From Candidatus Caccopulliclostridium gallistercoris (GTDB taxonomy: Bacteria > Bacillota > Clostridia > Christensenellales > UBA1242): a stretch of DNA of 64,000 bases. Both the position numbers and the translations under genes were made by a program. The stretch lies in contig DVOJ01000007.1 of assembly GCA_018713725.1 (NCBI GenBank), forward strand, positions 2,486 through 66,485, written 5' to 3'. The notes beneath the pieces are model-generated. The model made no database searches and was not told the origin of the DNA. It was given only the letters and a program-made list of their open reading frames with translations. Each line of letters opens with the position of its first letter. Positions within the stretch are counted from its first letter, which is position 1. Positions 55,164 to 64,000 of the stretch are shown one piece after another.

Positions 55164-55890
55164 AAAGCTTAGGTTCAAAACCTTCAAAAATTATATTATC
55201 ACAAAATTTAATTACTTTTAAATATTCTTCTTGGCTTCTAACCGTCCAGGCAAGAAGGGGAAGAGTTTTATATTTTCTAACAAACCTGTTTGGAAGCGTG
55301 CTCGCTTCGTAGGAAATAAAGTGCGGCTGACTGACTTTTTTATTAAGCGTCATACGTTTTAAAAATAACTTCTTTAAAAAGGAAAGTTGTTCTCCTTTAA
55401 AGTAGCCAGATAGCTGCCCACGAAGAACTTCTGGCGCGTTGTTTTTAAACCATTCTAGTACAAATGGATTAAACGCCTGAATTGCGTATTCGCCTTTATA
55501 CTCTTTAAGCTTTGCGTAGAGCGCGCTTTCTAGCTCGCCAACTTTATTTGTGTTTTTAATTTCAATTAATACAGGAACTCTACCGTCAACAAAGTTTAAA
55601 AATTCGTCTAAGGTAGGAATTTTTTGGTCTGTGCCTTTTAGACGGATATTTTCCAAATCTTCCTTCTTTAAATTTTTAACGTAGCCATCTTGCCCTGTCA
55701 TTCTTTGAAGGGAAGAGTCGTGAAATATAATAATAGTACCATCGGCAATTTGATGTACGTCAGTTTCAATAGGATAGCCTTCTTTAATTGCATTTTCAAA
55801 GGCAAGCATAGAGTTTTCCGGAGCTTTATCGTCGTGTAAACCCCTGTGAGCGATGCAATCTTCTACAAGCCAAGTTTTAAATAAATCCAT
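55162..55890 (-). CDS. glycerophosphodiester phosphodiesterase family protein
   Basis: IAHRGLHDDKAPENS, ETDVH and IFHD motifs of the GDPD fold. Confidence 0.85.
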   Translation of the reverse strand: MDLFKTWLVEDCIAHRGLHDDKAPENSMLAFENAIKEGYPIETDVHQIADGTIIIFHDSSLQRMTGQDGYVKNLKKEDLENIRLKGTDQKIPTLDEFLNFVDGRVPVLIEIKNTNKVGELESALYAKLKEYKGEYAIQAFNPFVLEWFKNNAPEVLRGQLSGYFKGEQLSFLKKLFLKRMTLNKKVSQPHFISYEASTLPNRFVRKYKTLPLLAWTVRSQEEYLKVIKFCDNIIFEGFEPKL

Positions 55891-56066
55891 AAAAATAACC
55901 CTTTTAATTTAATATATCCATAATAACATAAAAAATATTAATTTTAAAACAATTTTAGACATTCTTTTAAAAAAAGTTGGCAAGTTTGCGGGTGTTTACA
56001 AGATTTTTGCAAACAAAATTTAAAAAATAATGTACTTTAACCTTTGAAAAGTGTATAATAAAATCT

Positions 56067-57872
56067 ATGGATAGACAGGAAAAGATTAGAAACTTTTGCA
56101 TTATCGCACACATAGACCACGGTAAAAGCACACTTGCAGATAGGCTTATAGAGAAGACCGGCACGCTATCTAAGCGCGAAATGAGCGACCAGCTTTTAGA
56201 CAGCATGGACATAGAACGCGAGCGTGGCATAACAATAAAACTAACTCCAACAAGAATGTTTTATAACTATAATGGAGAAGAATACACTTTGAATTTAATA
56301 GACACTCCGGGGCACGTGGACTTCACTTACGAAGTATCGCGTTCTCTTGCTGCGTGCGAAGGGGCTATTTTAATTGTAGACGCAAGCCAAGGCGTAGAAG
56401 CTCAAACGCTTGCGAACACCTATCTTGCAATAGATAACAATCTAGAAATTTTGCCTGTTATAAACAAAATAGACCTTCCAAGCGCAAACCCAGAAGAAGC
56501 TAAAAAAGAAATAGAAGACATCATCGGCTTGCCGGCTGACGACGCTCCGCTAATTTCTGCCAAGGAAGGAATTAACATAGATGAAGTTTTAGAGCAGATT
56601 ATAACAAAAATACCATCGCCTAAGGGAGATGAAAGTGCTCCATTAAAGGCGCTAATTTTTGATAGCTACTACGATAACTTTAAGGGTGCAATAAGTTTTG
56701 TAAGGATATTTGACGGCGAAGTAAAAATTGGCACCAAAATTAAAATGATGGAAACGGGGAAAACCTACGAAGTAACCGAAGTAGGTGTTTTTACACCTAG
56801 CATGAAACCTGTGGAAAAACTAGAAGTTGGCGACGTTGGCTATATTGCCGCCAGCATTAAAAACGTAGCGGACACCAAAGTTGGCGATACGATAACCTTA
56901 GCGGAAGACGGCGCAAAAGAAGCACTACCGGGATATAAATCCGTGCAGCCCGTAGTATTTTGCGGTATATTCTTAACAGACGGCTCTAAATTCAACGATT
57001 TAAAGGACGCACTAGAAAAATTAAAACTAAACGACGCATCACTTGTGTTTACTCCGGAAAATTCTCAGGCGTTAGGCTTTGGTTTTAGGTGCGGCTTTTT
57101 AGGGCTACTTCACATGGAGATTATAACGGAAAGATTAGAGCGCGAGTTTAACTTAGATATTATCACAACGGCGCCAGGGGTATCCTATAACGTATATAAA
57201 ACAAACGGAGATATGTTAGAGGTATCAAACCCTACAAATCTTCCAAGCCCTGTGGAGATAGATAGAATAGAAGAGCCTATGGCAAAGCTTCATATCTACA
57301 CACCACCGGAATACGTTGGGCCAATTATGGAACTATGTAAGGAAAAGCGCGGCGAGTTCCTTGATATGCAATACTTGGATAAAAAGCGTGTTAGAATGGA
57401 CTATAAAATGCCACTTAACGAAATGATTTACGACTTCTTTGACGGCTTAAAATCTCGCACGCGTGGCTATGCCAGCCTAGATTACGAGCTTATAGGTTTT
57501 GAACCTAGCGACTTAATAAGGCTAGATATCCTATTAAATGGCGAAGTTTGCGACGCTTTAAGTTTAATCGTGCATAAGGATAAGGCGTACCAAAGGGGTA
57601 GAGCTATAGTAGAAAATTTTAAAAAGGTAATTCCACGCCAAATGTTTGAAGTGCCAATTCAAGCAAGTATTGGTAATAAAATAATAGCGCGTGAAACGGT
57701 CAGCGCGCTTAGAAAGGACGTTTTAGCTAAATGTTACGGTGGCGACATATCAAGAAAACGTAAACTTTTAGAAAAACAAAAAGAAGGCAAAAAGCGCATG
57801 AGACAGATTGGTAGCATAGAGCTTCCAAGTGAAGCCTTCATGAGCATTTTAAAGATAGACGACGATGAGTAA
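56067..57872 (+). CDS. lepA: translation elongation factor 4
   Basis: [20 protein letters not shown] and DTPGHVDF motifs, with the LepA C-terminal domain. Confidence 0.96.
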   Translation: MDRQEKIRNFCIIAHIDHGKSTLADRLIEKTGTLSKREMSDQLLDSMDIERERGITIKLTPTRMFYNYNGEEYTLNLIDTPGHVDFTYEVSRSLAACEGAILIVDASQGVEAQTLANTYLAIDNNLEILPVINKIDLPSANPEEAKKEIEDIIGLPADDAPLISAKEGINIDEVLEQIITKIPSPKGDESAPLKALIFDSYYDNFKGAISFVRIFDGEVKIGTKIKMMETGKTYEVTEVGVFTPSMKPVEKLEVGDVGYIAASIKNVADTKVGDTITLAEDGAKEALPGYKSVQPVVFCGIFLTDGSKFNDLKDALEKLKLNDASLVFTPENSQALGFGFRCGFLGLLHMEIITERLEREFNLDIITTAPGVSYNVYKTNGDMLEVSNPTNLPSPVEIDRIEEPMAKLHIYTPPEYVGPIMELCKEKRGEFLDMQYLDKKRVRMDYKMPLNEMIYDFFDGLKSRTRGYASLDYELIGFEPSDLIRLDILLNGEVCDALSLIVHKDKAYQRGRAIVENFKKVIPRQMFEVPIQASIGNKIIARETVSALRKDVLAKCYGGDISRKRKLLEKQKEGKKRMRQIGSIELPSEAFMSILKIDDDE

Positions 57873-58962
57873 TCTAGGCATATACGTGCATATTCCTTTT
57901 TGCCAAAGTAAATGCAAATATTGTAACTTTGTTTCTGGAAAATATCCAAGAGAAATGCAAAAAAGGTACGTGCAAAGTTTAATAAAGGAAATTGAAGAAA
58001 CAAAATATAAAAGAAAGGTTTCTTCTATCTTTTTTGGCGGCGGAACTCCAAGCATACTTCCAGCGGAAGATATTAAAGAAATAATGCTTGCAATAAAAAG
58101 CAAATTTGCCTTAACAAAAAATGCGGAAATTTCCATAGAATGTAACCCAAATTCCATAACGGAAGAAAAACTTAAAATTTATAAAAATTTAGGCTTTAAT
58201 AGAATTAGTTTCGGTGTTCAAAGTTTAGACGACGACGTTTTAAAACTTATAGGCCGCGTTCACAACAGAAGTGAAGCGTTACAAGCGATAAACCTAGCCA
58301 ATATCGCAGGTTTTACAAACATAAACGCAGACCTTCTTTTAGGTATAAAGGAAAATAAAAATATTTCAAGAGATATAGAAGAGTTAAAAGCCGCGGGCAT
58401 TACACATATTTCGGCATACATGCTAATTTTAGAGCATGGCACGCCACTTGAAATTTTAGCTAAACAAAACAAAGTAAAACTATTATCAGAAGACGAAAGT
58501 GTAGCGCAATATGAAGAATATTTAAAAGTTTTAAGGCAAAACGGCTTTTACCGATATGAAATATCCAATTTTGCTTTAAAGGGTTACAAATGTAAGCACA
58601 ATATTAATTACTGGGAGTGCGGAGAATATTTAGGCTTTGGTGTAGCCGCACATTCCTATATAAACGGCACGCGCTACTCAAACACTGAAAATATATTAGA
58701 GTATATAGAAAACTACAATAATAAAAGTTATGAAAAGTTAACAAATCAAGAAAAGTTAGAAGAGCTTATTATGCTAGGGCTTAGAACGAAGCGTGGCGTT
58801 AGCCTTAAAAAACTAGAAGAGCTTGGCTATAAGGTATTAGAAAATAAAAACGCATTAAAAATGCTCAGTTTAGGAATAATAAAACTAAACAGCACGCACT
58901 TATATATAACATCAAAAAACTTCGGCATAGCAAATCAAATAATATTAAGGCTGGTAGAATAA
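57865..58962 (+). CDS. hemW: radical SAM heme chaperone HemW (HemN-like)
   Basis: [16 protein letters not shown] and FFGGGTPS motifs. It overlaps the lepA stop by 8 nt. Confidence 0.88.
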   Translation: MSNLGIYVHIPFCQSKCKYCNFVSGKYPREMQKRYVQSLIKEIEETKYKRKVSSIFFGGGTPSILPAEDIKEIMLAIKSKFALTKNAEISIECNPNSITEEKLKIYKNLGFNRISFGVQSLDDDVLKLIGRVHNRSEALQAINLANIAGFTNINADLLLGIKENKNISRDIEELKAAGITHISAYMLILEHGTPLEILAKQNKVKLLSEDESVAQYEEYLKVLRQNGFYRYEISNFALKGYKCKHNINYWECGEYLGFGVAAHSYINGTRYSNTENILEYIENYNNKSYEKLTNQEKLEELIMLGLRTKRGVSLKKLEELGYKVLENKNALKMLSLGIIKLNSTHLYITSKNFGIANQIILRLVE

Positions 58963-59113
58963 AAAAACTATCATTTATTAAAAGTTGGTTTTATAATAGT
59001 TCTTCGAAGGCTCTTGCAACGGGTTGCTTTGTTGAAGTATAGGCTATTATCATCAAAAATCCGCTTGGGATAAAGCTAGCTAAGGTTATAACTGTTTTTA
59101 AAATAATTTGTTT

Positions 59114-59144
59114 AAAATCTCATGAAATTCATGAGATTTTTTTG
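59114..59144 (+). terminator. intrinsic terminator about 150 nt downstream of hemW
   Basis: aaaatctcatgaa / ttcatgagatttt is a 13-nt palindrome followed by tttg. Confidence 0.6.
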
Positions 59145-59220
59145 TTAAATACTTTACAAAGGCGTTTTTATATGCTATTATATTCAAGTGTTAAATAAAA
59201 ATGTTTAACAGAGGTGTAAG

Positions 59221-59541
59221 TTGAAATTAGACGACGTGGTTAGGCTAAACGAACTCTTCGATGCCTACGGAGAACTGCTTACAAACTATCAAAGAGATGT
59301 TCTCTCTGATTTTTTAAAGTACAACTTAACTTTTTCTGAAATTGCGGAAAATAGAAAGGTGAGTAGGCAGGCATGCTTTATCGTGCTTAACAAATGCATT
59401 AAAAAACTTGAAGGCTTTGAAGAAAAAGTAGGCGCAGTTAAAGCTAAAAAAGAGTATAAAGAAAAAATTTCAGCTGCGGTCAATTTCCTTGAAAAAGGCG
59501 ACGTAAAATCTGCATTAAACGTTTTGAAAAAGGAGGGTTAA
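59221..59541 (+). CDS. ylxM: YlxM/UPF0122 putative DNA-binding protein (SRP operon)
   Basis: TTG start. LFDAYGELLTNYQRDVLSDF...NLTFSEIAENRKVSRQA, positioned directly upstream of ffh. Confidence 0.8.
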   Translation: MKLDDVVRLNELFDAYGELLTNYQRDVLSDFLKYNLTFSEIAENRKVSRQACFIVLNKCIKKLEGFEEKVGAVKAKKEYKEKISAAVNFLEKGDVKSALNVLKKEG

Positions 59542-60854
59542 TGGCACTATTCTCTGGTTTAAGCGAAAGATTATCTCACATTTTTAGTAAAATCACAAAG
59601 CGCGGCAAACTTACAGAGCTTGAAATTAAAGAATCTATGCGTGAAGTAAGAATAGCTCTTTTAGAGGCTGACGTTAACTACAAAGTTGTAAAGGATTTTA
59701 TTAAAAACGTATCTGAAAAAGCCGTTGGGGAAGAAGTGCTTAAAAGTTTGACCCCAGCACAGCAAGTTATAAAAATAGTCAATGAAGAGTTAACCGCTCT
59801 TATGGGCAGCACGAATTCCAAGCTTGCCGTAAGCCCAAAGCCTCCAACAATAATAATGATGTGCGGGCTTCAAGGTGCGGGCAAAACAACAATGTGCGCA
59901 AAGCTTGGCTACTATTTAAAAAAGAGTGGTAAAAAGCCACTACTCGTTGCCTGCGATATTTATAGACCCGCGGCAATTGACCAATTAAAAGTTGTAGGTA
60001 AGCAAGCGGGCTGTGAAGTGTTTGAAAAAGGCATGCAAAACCCAGTGAAAACCGCAAAACAAGCAGTAGAACACGCGTTAAAGCAAAACCTAGACACCGT
60101 TATAATAGATACAGCAGGAAGGCTTCATATTAATGAAGAGCTAATGAAGGAACTTGCAGACATTAAAAAAGAGCTTAGCCCCACGGAAATACTTCTTGTA
60201 GTAGACTCTATGACAGGTCAGGACGCTGTAACCGTTGCAGAAACCTTTAACGAAAAGCTAGATATTACGGGCGTAATTCTTACAAAACTCGACGGCGACA
60301 CCCGTGGCGGTGCAGCACTTTCAATCAGGGCAATTACAGGCAAACCTATAAAATTCTCCGGCGTAGGCGAGAAAATTGGAGATTTAGAGCCCTTCTATCC
60401 AGATAGAATTGCTAGCAGAATTTTAGGCATGGGCGACGTGCTTTCCTTAATTGAAAAGGCGCAGGAAGCTGTCAGCGAAGAAGACGCTAAAAAGCTTGAA
60501 AAAGCGTTCAAGGAAAATTCCTTTACTTTTGAAGATTACCTTTCTCAAATTGAAAACATGAAGAAAATGGGAAATTTAAAAGATGTTATAGCAATGATTC
60601 CAGGCCTTGGTTCTAAGCTTAAAAACGTAGACATAGACGAAGACCAGCTTAAACGAAATAAGGCAATAATTCAAAGCATGACACCAAAGGAAAGAAAAAA
60701 CCCAGAGCTTATAAAATCTGGTCAAAGAAAGCGTATAGCAGACGGCAGCGGAACTACAATACAAGATGTAAATACACTTCTTCGTCAGTTTGAACAAACT
60801 AAGGAAATGATGAAGATGATGAAAAATAAAAAGGGCATACGCGGGCTATTTTAA
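59541..60854 (+). CDS. ffh: signal recognition particle protein
   Basis: GLQGAGKTT, DTAGR and TKLDGD motifs, with a Met-rich M domain. Confidence 0.96.
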   Translation: MALFSGLSERLSHIFSKITKRGKLTELEIKESMREVRIALLEADVNYKVVKDFIKNVSEKAVGEEVLKSLTPAQQVIKIVNEELTALMGSTNSKLAVSPKPPTIIMMCGLQGAGKTTMCAKLGYYLKKSGKKPLLVACDIYRPAAIDQLKVVGKQAGCEVFEKGMQNPVKTAKQAVEHALKQNLDTVIIDTAGRLHINEELMKELADIKKELSPTEILLVVDSMTGQDAVTVAETFNEKLDITGVILTKLDGDTRGGAALSIRAITGKPIKFSGVGEKIGDLEPFYPDRIASRILGMGDVLSLIEKAQEAVSEEDAKKLEKAFKENSFTFEDYLSQIENMKKMGNLKDVIAMIPGLGSKLKNVDIDEDQLKRNKAIIQSMTPKERKNPELIKSGQRKRIADGSGTTIQDVNTLLRQFEQTKEMMKMMKNKKGIRGLF

Positions 60855-60923
60855 TTTGGTATTTTCTTGCGAGTAGCAAGTGAATATATACGAAAATCGT
60901 ATTAAATTTATAAGGAGGAAAAC

Positions 60924-61172
60924 ATGGCATTAAAGATTAGACTTACAAGACTTGGAGATAAAAAGTCACCTTTTTACAGAGTTGTTGTAGCTGATTCAAG
61001 GTCACCAAGAGACGGCAAGTTTGTTGAAATTTTAGGAACCTATAATCCTTTAACAAACCCAGCTGAAATCAAAATTGACAACGAAAAAGCTGACAAATGG
61101 CTAAAAAACGGTGCTATCCCAACAGACACTGTTAAGGACTTGCTTGTTAAGAGTGGCGCTATTCAAAAGTAA
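60924..61172 (+). CDS. rpsP: 30S ribosomal protein S16
   Basis: [32 protein letters not shown]. Confidence 0.95.
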   Translation: MALKIRLTRLGDKKSPFYRVVVADSRSPRDGKFVEILGTYNPLTNPAEIKIDNEKADKWLKNGAIPTDTVKDLLVKSGAIQK

Positions 61173-61183
61173 GGAGCAAAATT

Positions 61184-61411
61184 TTGGAAAAATTAGTTGA
61201 ATATATTGTTAAAAGCTTAGTAGACCACCCAGACGAAGTAAAAGTTACTTCTAAAAACGATAAAAACGCCGTTATTATAGACGTTAAAACAAACGAAGAC
61301 GATATCGGCAAAGTTATAGGGAAGAATGGTCGAATTATTAGTAGCATTAGAACAATTGTAAAGAATATGAGCGTAAAATCTAACAAAAAATTTATTGTAA
61401 AAATAGGATAA
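61184..61411 (+). CDS. KH-domain RNA-binding protein (UPF0109, YlqC-like)
   Basis: TTG start. LVEYIVKSLVDHPDEV and GKVIGKNGR (GXXG) motifs. Confidence 0.85.
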   Translation: MEKLVEYIVKSLVDHPDEVKVTSKNDKNAVIIDVKTNEDDIGKVIGKNGRIISSIRTIVKNMSVKSNKKFIVKIG

Positions 61412-61415
61412 ACTT

Positions 61416-61907
61416 TTGGAAAAGATTTGTATAGCAAAAATTTTAAAACCGCAAGGCATAAAAGGGGAACTTAAATGTAAGCCTTTTACAGATGAAAACT
61501 TTTTTCAAAACTTGAAAGAAGTTTTTATTCATGATAAAAGGTTTGACGTTTTAAGTTCCGTTTATCGTTTTGGTTATGTTTATATAACTTTAAACGGTGT
61601 AAATTCGCGTAATGACGCAGAGAAATTTAGAAATCTAGATATTTATGCCGATAGGTCTATATTCGAGGAAGCCATACTTGTTTCCGACCTTGAAAATTGC
61701 ACGGTGTTAGACGAATTTTCAAACACTCTTGGCAAAGTAACAGGTGTGGAGCAGTATGGCTCTGCTGATATTCTAAACATCACTCTAAATTCAGGAAAAA
61801 CGTGTTCTATTGCTGTAACAAGCGGGCTTATATTGAAAGTTTTACCAAAGGAAAAGCTACTAATTTTAAATAGGCAAATTTTTGACGAGCAAAAAATAGA
61901 GGATTAA
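61416..61907 (+). CDS. rimM: 16S rRNA processing protein RimM
   Basis: TTG start. The IAKILKPQGIKGELK N-terminus and the position between the KH gene and trmD support the call. Confidence 0.85.
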   Translation: MEKICIAKILKPQGIKGELKCKPFTDENFFQNLKEVFIHDKRFDVLSSVYRFGYVYITLNGVNSRNDAEKFRNLDIYADRSIFEEAILVSDLENCTVLDEFSNTLGKVTGVEQYGSADILNITLNSGKTCSIAVTSGLILKVLPKEKLLILNRQIFDEQKIED

Positions 61908-62579
61908 ATGAGAATAGACGTTTTAACGCTCTTTCCGGAAATGTTTGGCGCGTTTAATGAAAGCATAATAGGTAGAGCGCGCGAAAGCGGACTTTTGGAA
62001 ATCAACGTTATAAATATAAGAGATTTTTCAAAAGACAAACACAAAAAGTGCGACGATGCACCTTTTGGCGGTGGCGCTGGCATGGTTATGACGCCACAGC
62101 CGCTTTTTGATGCAATAGAAAGCGTAAAAACTAAGGATTCTCTTGTAATTCTTACCAGCCCACGCGGTCAAACTTTTAACCAAGAGATGTGCAAAGAACT
62201 ATCAAATTTTAAACACCTTATCTTCGTCTGCGGGCACTATGAAGGTGTAGACGAGCGAATTATAGAGCTTTGCATAGACAGAGAAATTTCTATTGGCGAC
62301 TTCGTTTTAACGGGTGGAGAAATTCCAGCCATGGCAATGGTAGATGCAATTTCTAGGTACGTGGACGGCGTTTTGGGGAATAATCAGAGTTTAGAAGAAG
62401 AAAGTTTTTCTTCTGGACTTCTTGAATATCCGCAGTATACGCGTCCGGCGGAGTTTAAGGGCTTAAAAGTGCCCGAAGTGCTACTTTCTGGCAATCATGC
62501 AGAGATTGCAAAGTTCAGAAAAGCGCAGGCGGAAAAAATTACAAAAGCTAGGCGTCCAGATATAATAGGAGAAACATGA
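61908..62579 (+). CDS. trmD: tRNA (guanine37-N1)-methyltransferase
   Basis: [32 protein letters not shown] and [11 protein letters not shown] motifs. Confidence 0.95.
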   Translation: MRIDVLTLFPEMFGAFNESIIGRARESGLLEINVINIRDFSKDKHKKCDDAPFGGGAGMVMTPQPLFDAIESVKTKDSLVILTSPRGQTFNQEMCKELSNFKHLIFVCGHYEGVDERIIELCIDREISIGDFVLTGGEIPAMAMVDAISRYVDGVLGNNQSLEEESFSSGLLEYPQYTRPAEFKGLKVPEVLLSGNHAEIAKFRKAQAEKITKARRPDIIGET

Positions 62580-63415
62580 AAATAAATTGGTTTCCGGGGC
62601 ACATGACGAAGGCTCTTCGAGAACTAAAAAAGGAAGTAAAAAACGTAGATGCAATTATCTATGTTCTAGACGCACGCGCGCCACTTGCTTCGTTGAACCC
62701 AGAACTAGATAAACTTGCGGAAAACAAGCCAGTGTTATTTGTATTAAATAAAATAGACCTTGCAGATACTGATAAAATAAACAAACTTATCTCTGACGAA
62801 GTTATAAAAAAGAAATATAAAAATTCTTATATTATAAAACTAAATGCCACAGCGTCGGGGGCTATAAAAATTATAGCTAGCGAAATTAAAGAACTTTGCA
62901 AAAATAAAATTGAACGTTTTGAAAATAAAGGGTTAAATTCCTTTATTCGTGCAATGGTTGTTGGTGTTCCAAATTCTGGTAAAAGCACGCTTGTAAACAA
63001 CCTTTGTGGAAGGGTGAAAGCTCTTACGGGAAATAAGGCTGGGGTTACGCGCGGAAAACAGTGGCTTACGGTTTCTAACGGCTTTCAAATTTTAGACACG
63101 CCTGGAACGCTGTATCCAAATCTTGAAAATCAAAACGTGGCAAGAAAGCTTGCCTATATTGGTAGCATTCGCGATGAAGTTTTAGATAAAAACGAGCTTG
63201 CCTGCGATTTTATTTCAGACATTAGAAAAATTTATCCAAATGCGCTTAGCAAAAGGTACAATATAGACGAAAGCGGCGAGACATATGAAGTGTTAGAAAA
63301 AATTGCCTTTTCACGAAAATTTCTATTAAAGGGCGGCGAGGTAGACTACGATAGAGCTAGCATTGCCTTAATAGACGATTTTAGAAAAGGGAAATTAGGG
63401 AATATAACGCTATGA
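62576..63415 (+). CDS. rbgA: ribosome biogenesis GTPase A
   Basis: [11 protein letters not shown], circularly permuted G motifs (NKIDL then GVPNSGKST) and DTPG. Confidence 0.92.
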   Translation: MKINWFPGHMTKALRELKKEVKNVDAIIYVLDARAPLASLNPELDKLAENKPVLFVLNKIDLADTDKINKLISDEVIKKKYKNSYIIKLNATASGAIKIIASEIKELCKNKIERFENKGLNSFIRAMVVGVPNSGKSTLVNNLCGRVKALTGNKAGVTRGKQWLTVSNGFQILDTPGTLYPNLENQNVARKLAYIGSIRDEVLDKNELACDFISDIRKIYPNALSKRYNIDESGETYEVLEKIAFSRKFLLKGGEVDYDRASIALIDDFRKGKLGNITL

Positions 63416-63753
63416 ACACTAAAATTTTAGGAAATATTGGCGAGGCTCATGCGGAAGCTTATTTAAAAGAAAACGGCTATAAAATTTTAGAGCGAAACTA
63501 CAAAAACAAGATTGGCGAAATAGATTTAATTGCGGAAAAAGATAAAGAGATAATCTTTGTAGAAGTTAAGGCTAGGTCAACGGAGAAGTTTGGCACGCCA
63601 AAAGAAGCAGTAAATTTTCATAAGCAATTTAAAATAAGAAAGGTAGCTGAGTGCTATTTACTTAGCGCAAAAAAGTATTATTCCAAGGTAAGCTTTGACG
63701 TTATAGAGTATATGCCAGACGCGGAAATAGTACATTTAAAAAATTGTTTTTGA
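63412..63753 (+). CDS. yraN: YraN-family (UPF0102) endonuclease-like protein
   Basis: GEAHAEAYLKENGYKILERNYKNKIGEIDLIA...FVEVKAR. Confidence 0.85.
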   Translation: MNTKILGNIGEAHAEAYLKENGYKILERNYKNKIGEIDLIAEKDKEIIFVEVKARSTEKFGTPKEAVNFHKQFKIRKVAECYLLSAKKYYSKVSFDVIEYMPDAEIVHLKNCF

Positions 63754-63870
63754 AAATTTAAAAAAGTGCTTGCAAAATATAGTTAAATATGGTATCTTAT
63801 AACAGACTTCGGGTGGTCCGCTGTGAACACGTTCGCATGAACACCATGTATAAATAGGAGGAAAAGTCGT

Positions 63871-64000
63871 ATGAATATGGTAGACATCATTGAAAAAGAA
63901 AATTTAAACGAAAACGCTCCAAAAATAAACGTTGGAGATACAGTTAAAGTTTTCTACAAGATTAAGGAAGGCGATAAGGAAAGAATTCAAGGCTATGAAG
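63871..64000 (+). CDS. rplS: 50S ribosomal protein L19 (5' part, runs off the window)
   Basis: TAGGAGG SD. The peptide MNMVDIIEKENLNENAPKINVGDTVKVFYKIKEGDKERIQ matches the L19 N-terminus. Confidence 0.88.
   Translation, partial: MNMVDIIEKENLNENAPKINVGDTVKVFYKIKEGDKERIQGYE

Overview
This 64 kb window looks like a chromosomal segment of a low-GC, spore-forming Firmicute, most likely a Clostridia-type organism. The evidence for that is pro-sigma-K, a SpoIVFB-like M50 protease, SpoVAE, a PdaB-like deacetylase and a SCIFF peptide. Most of the window is dense housekeeping sequence: polA, murI, groES-groEL, rnhA, tRNA-Trp, sigK, ddl, pcrA-ligA, rpoZ, rpmF, rpsU, rpsO-pnp, sepF-lspA-rluD, tig-clpP-clpX, rarA, lepA-hemW, and ylxM-ffh-rpsP-KH-rimM-trmD-rbgA-yraN-rplS. 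I found no rRNA, CRISPR array, transposase, integrase or recognisable phage genes. The most promising lead is at 43.7-45.0 kb. There, an unannotated 53-aa Cys-rich peptide ORF overlaps the start of a radical SAM/SPASM enzyme, inside a very AT-rich block. This would be a second rSAM-peptide pair in addition to the SCIFF gene at the left edge. A family of GC-rich structured intergenic elements is also notable: an identical 28-nt core sits inside covarying stems at two loci, and there are 25-bp perfect direct repeats, a perfect four-way junction and a tandem array after tRNA-Trp. Other items are an uncharacterised gene set next to sigK (a DAC-like protein, a 3-TM effector-like protein coupled to a small partner, a leaderless DUF4132 gene), a 1131-aa HTH-TM-protease-repeat-LRR fusion protein, an ABC operon split by an AT-rich LRR gene, and sharp compositional breaks inside ORFs. 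All family assignments rest on motif recognition by eye, because no searches could be run.
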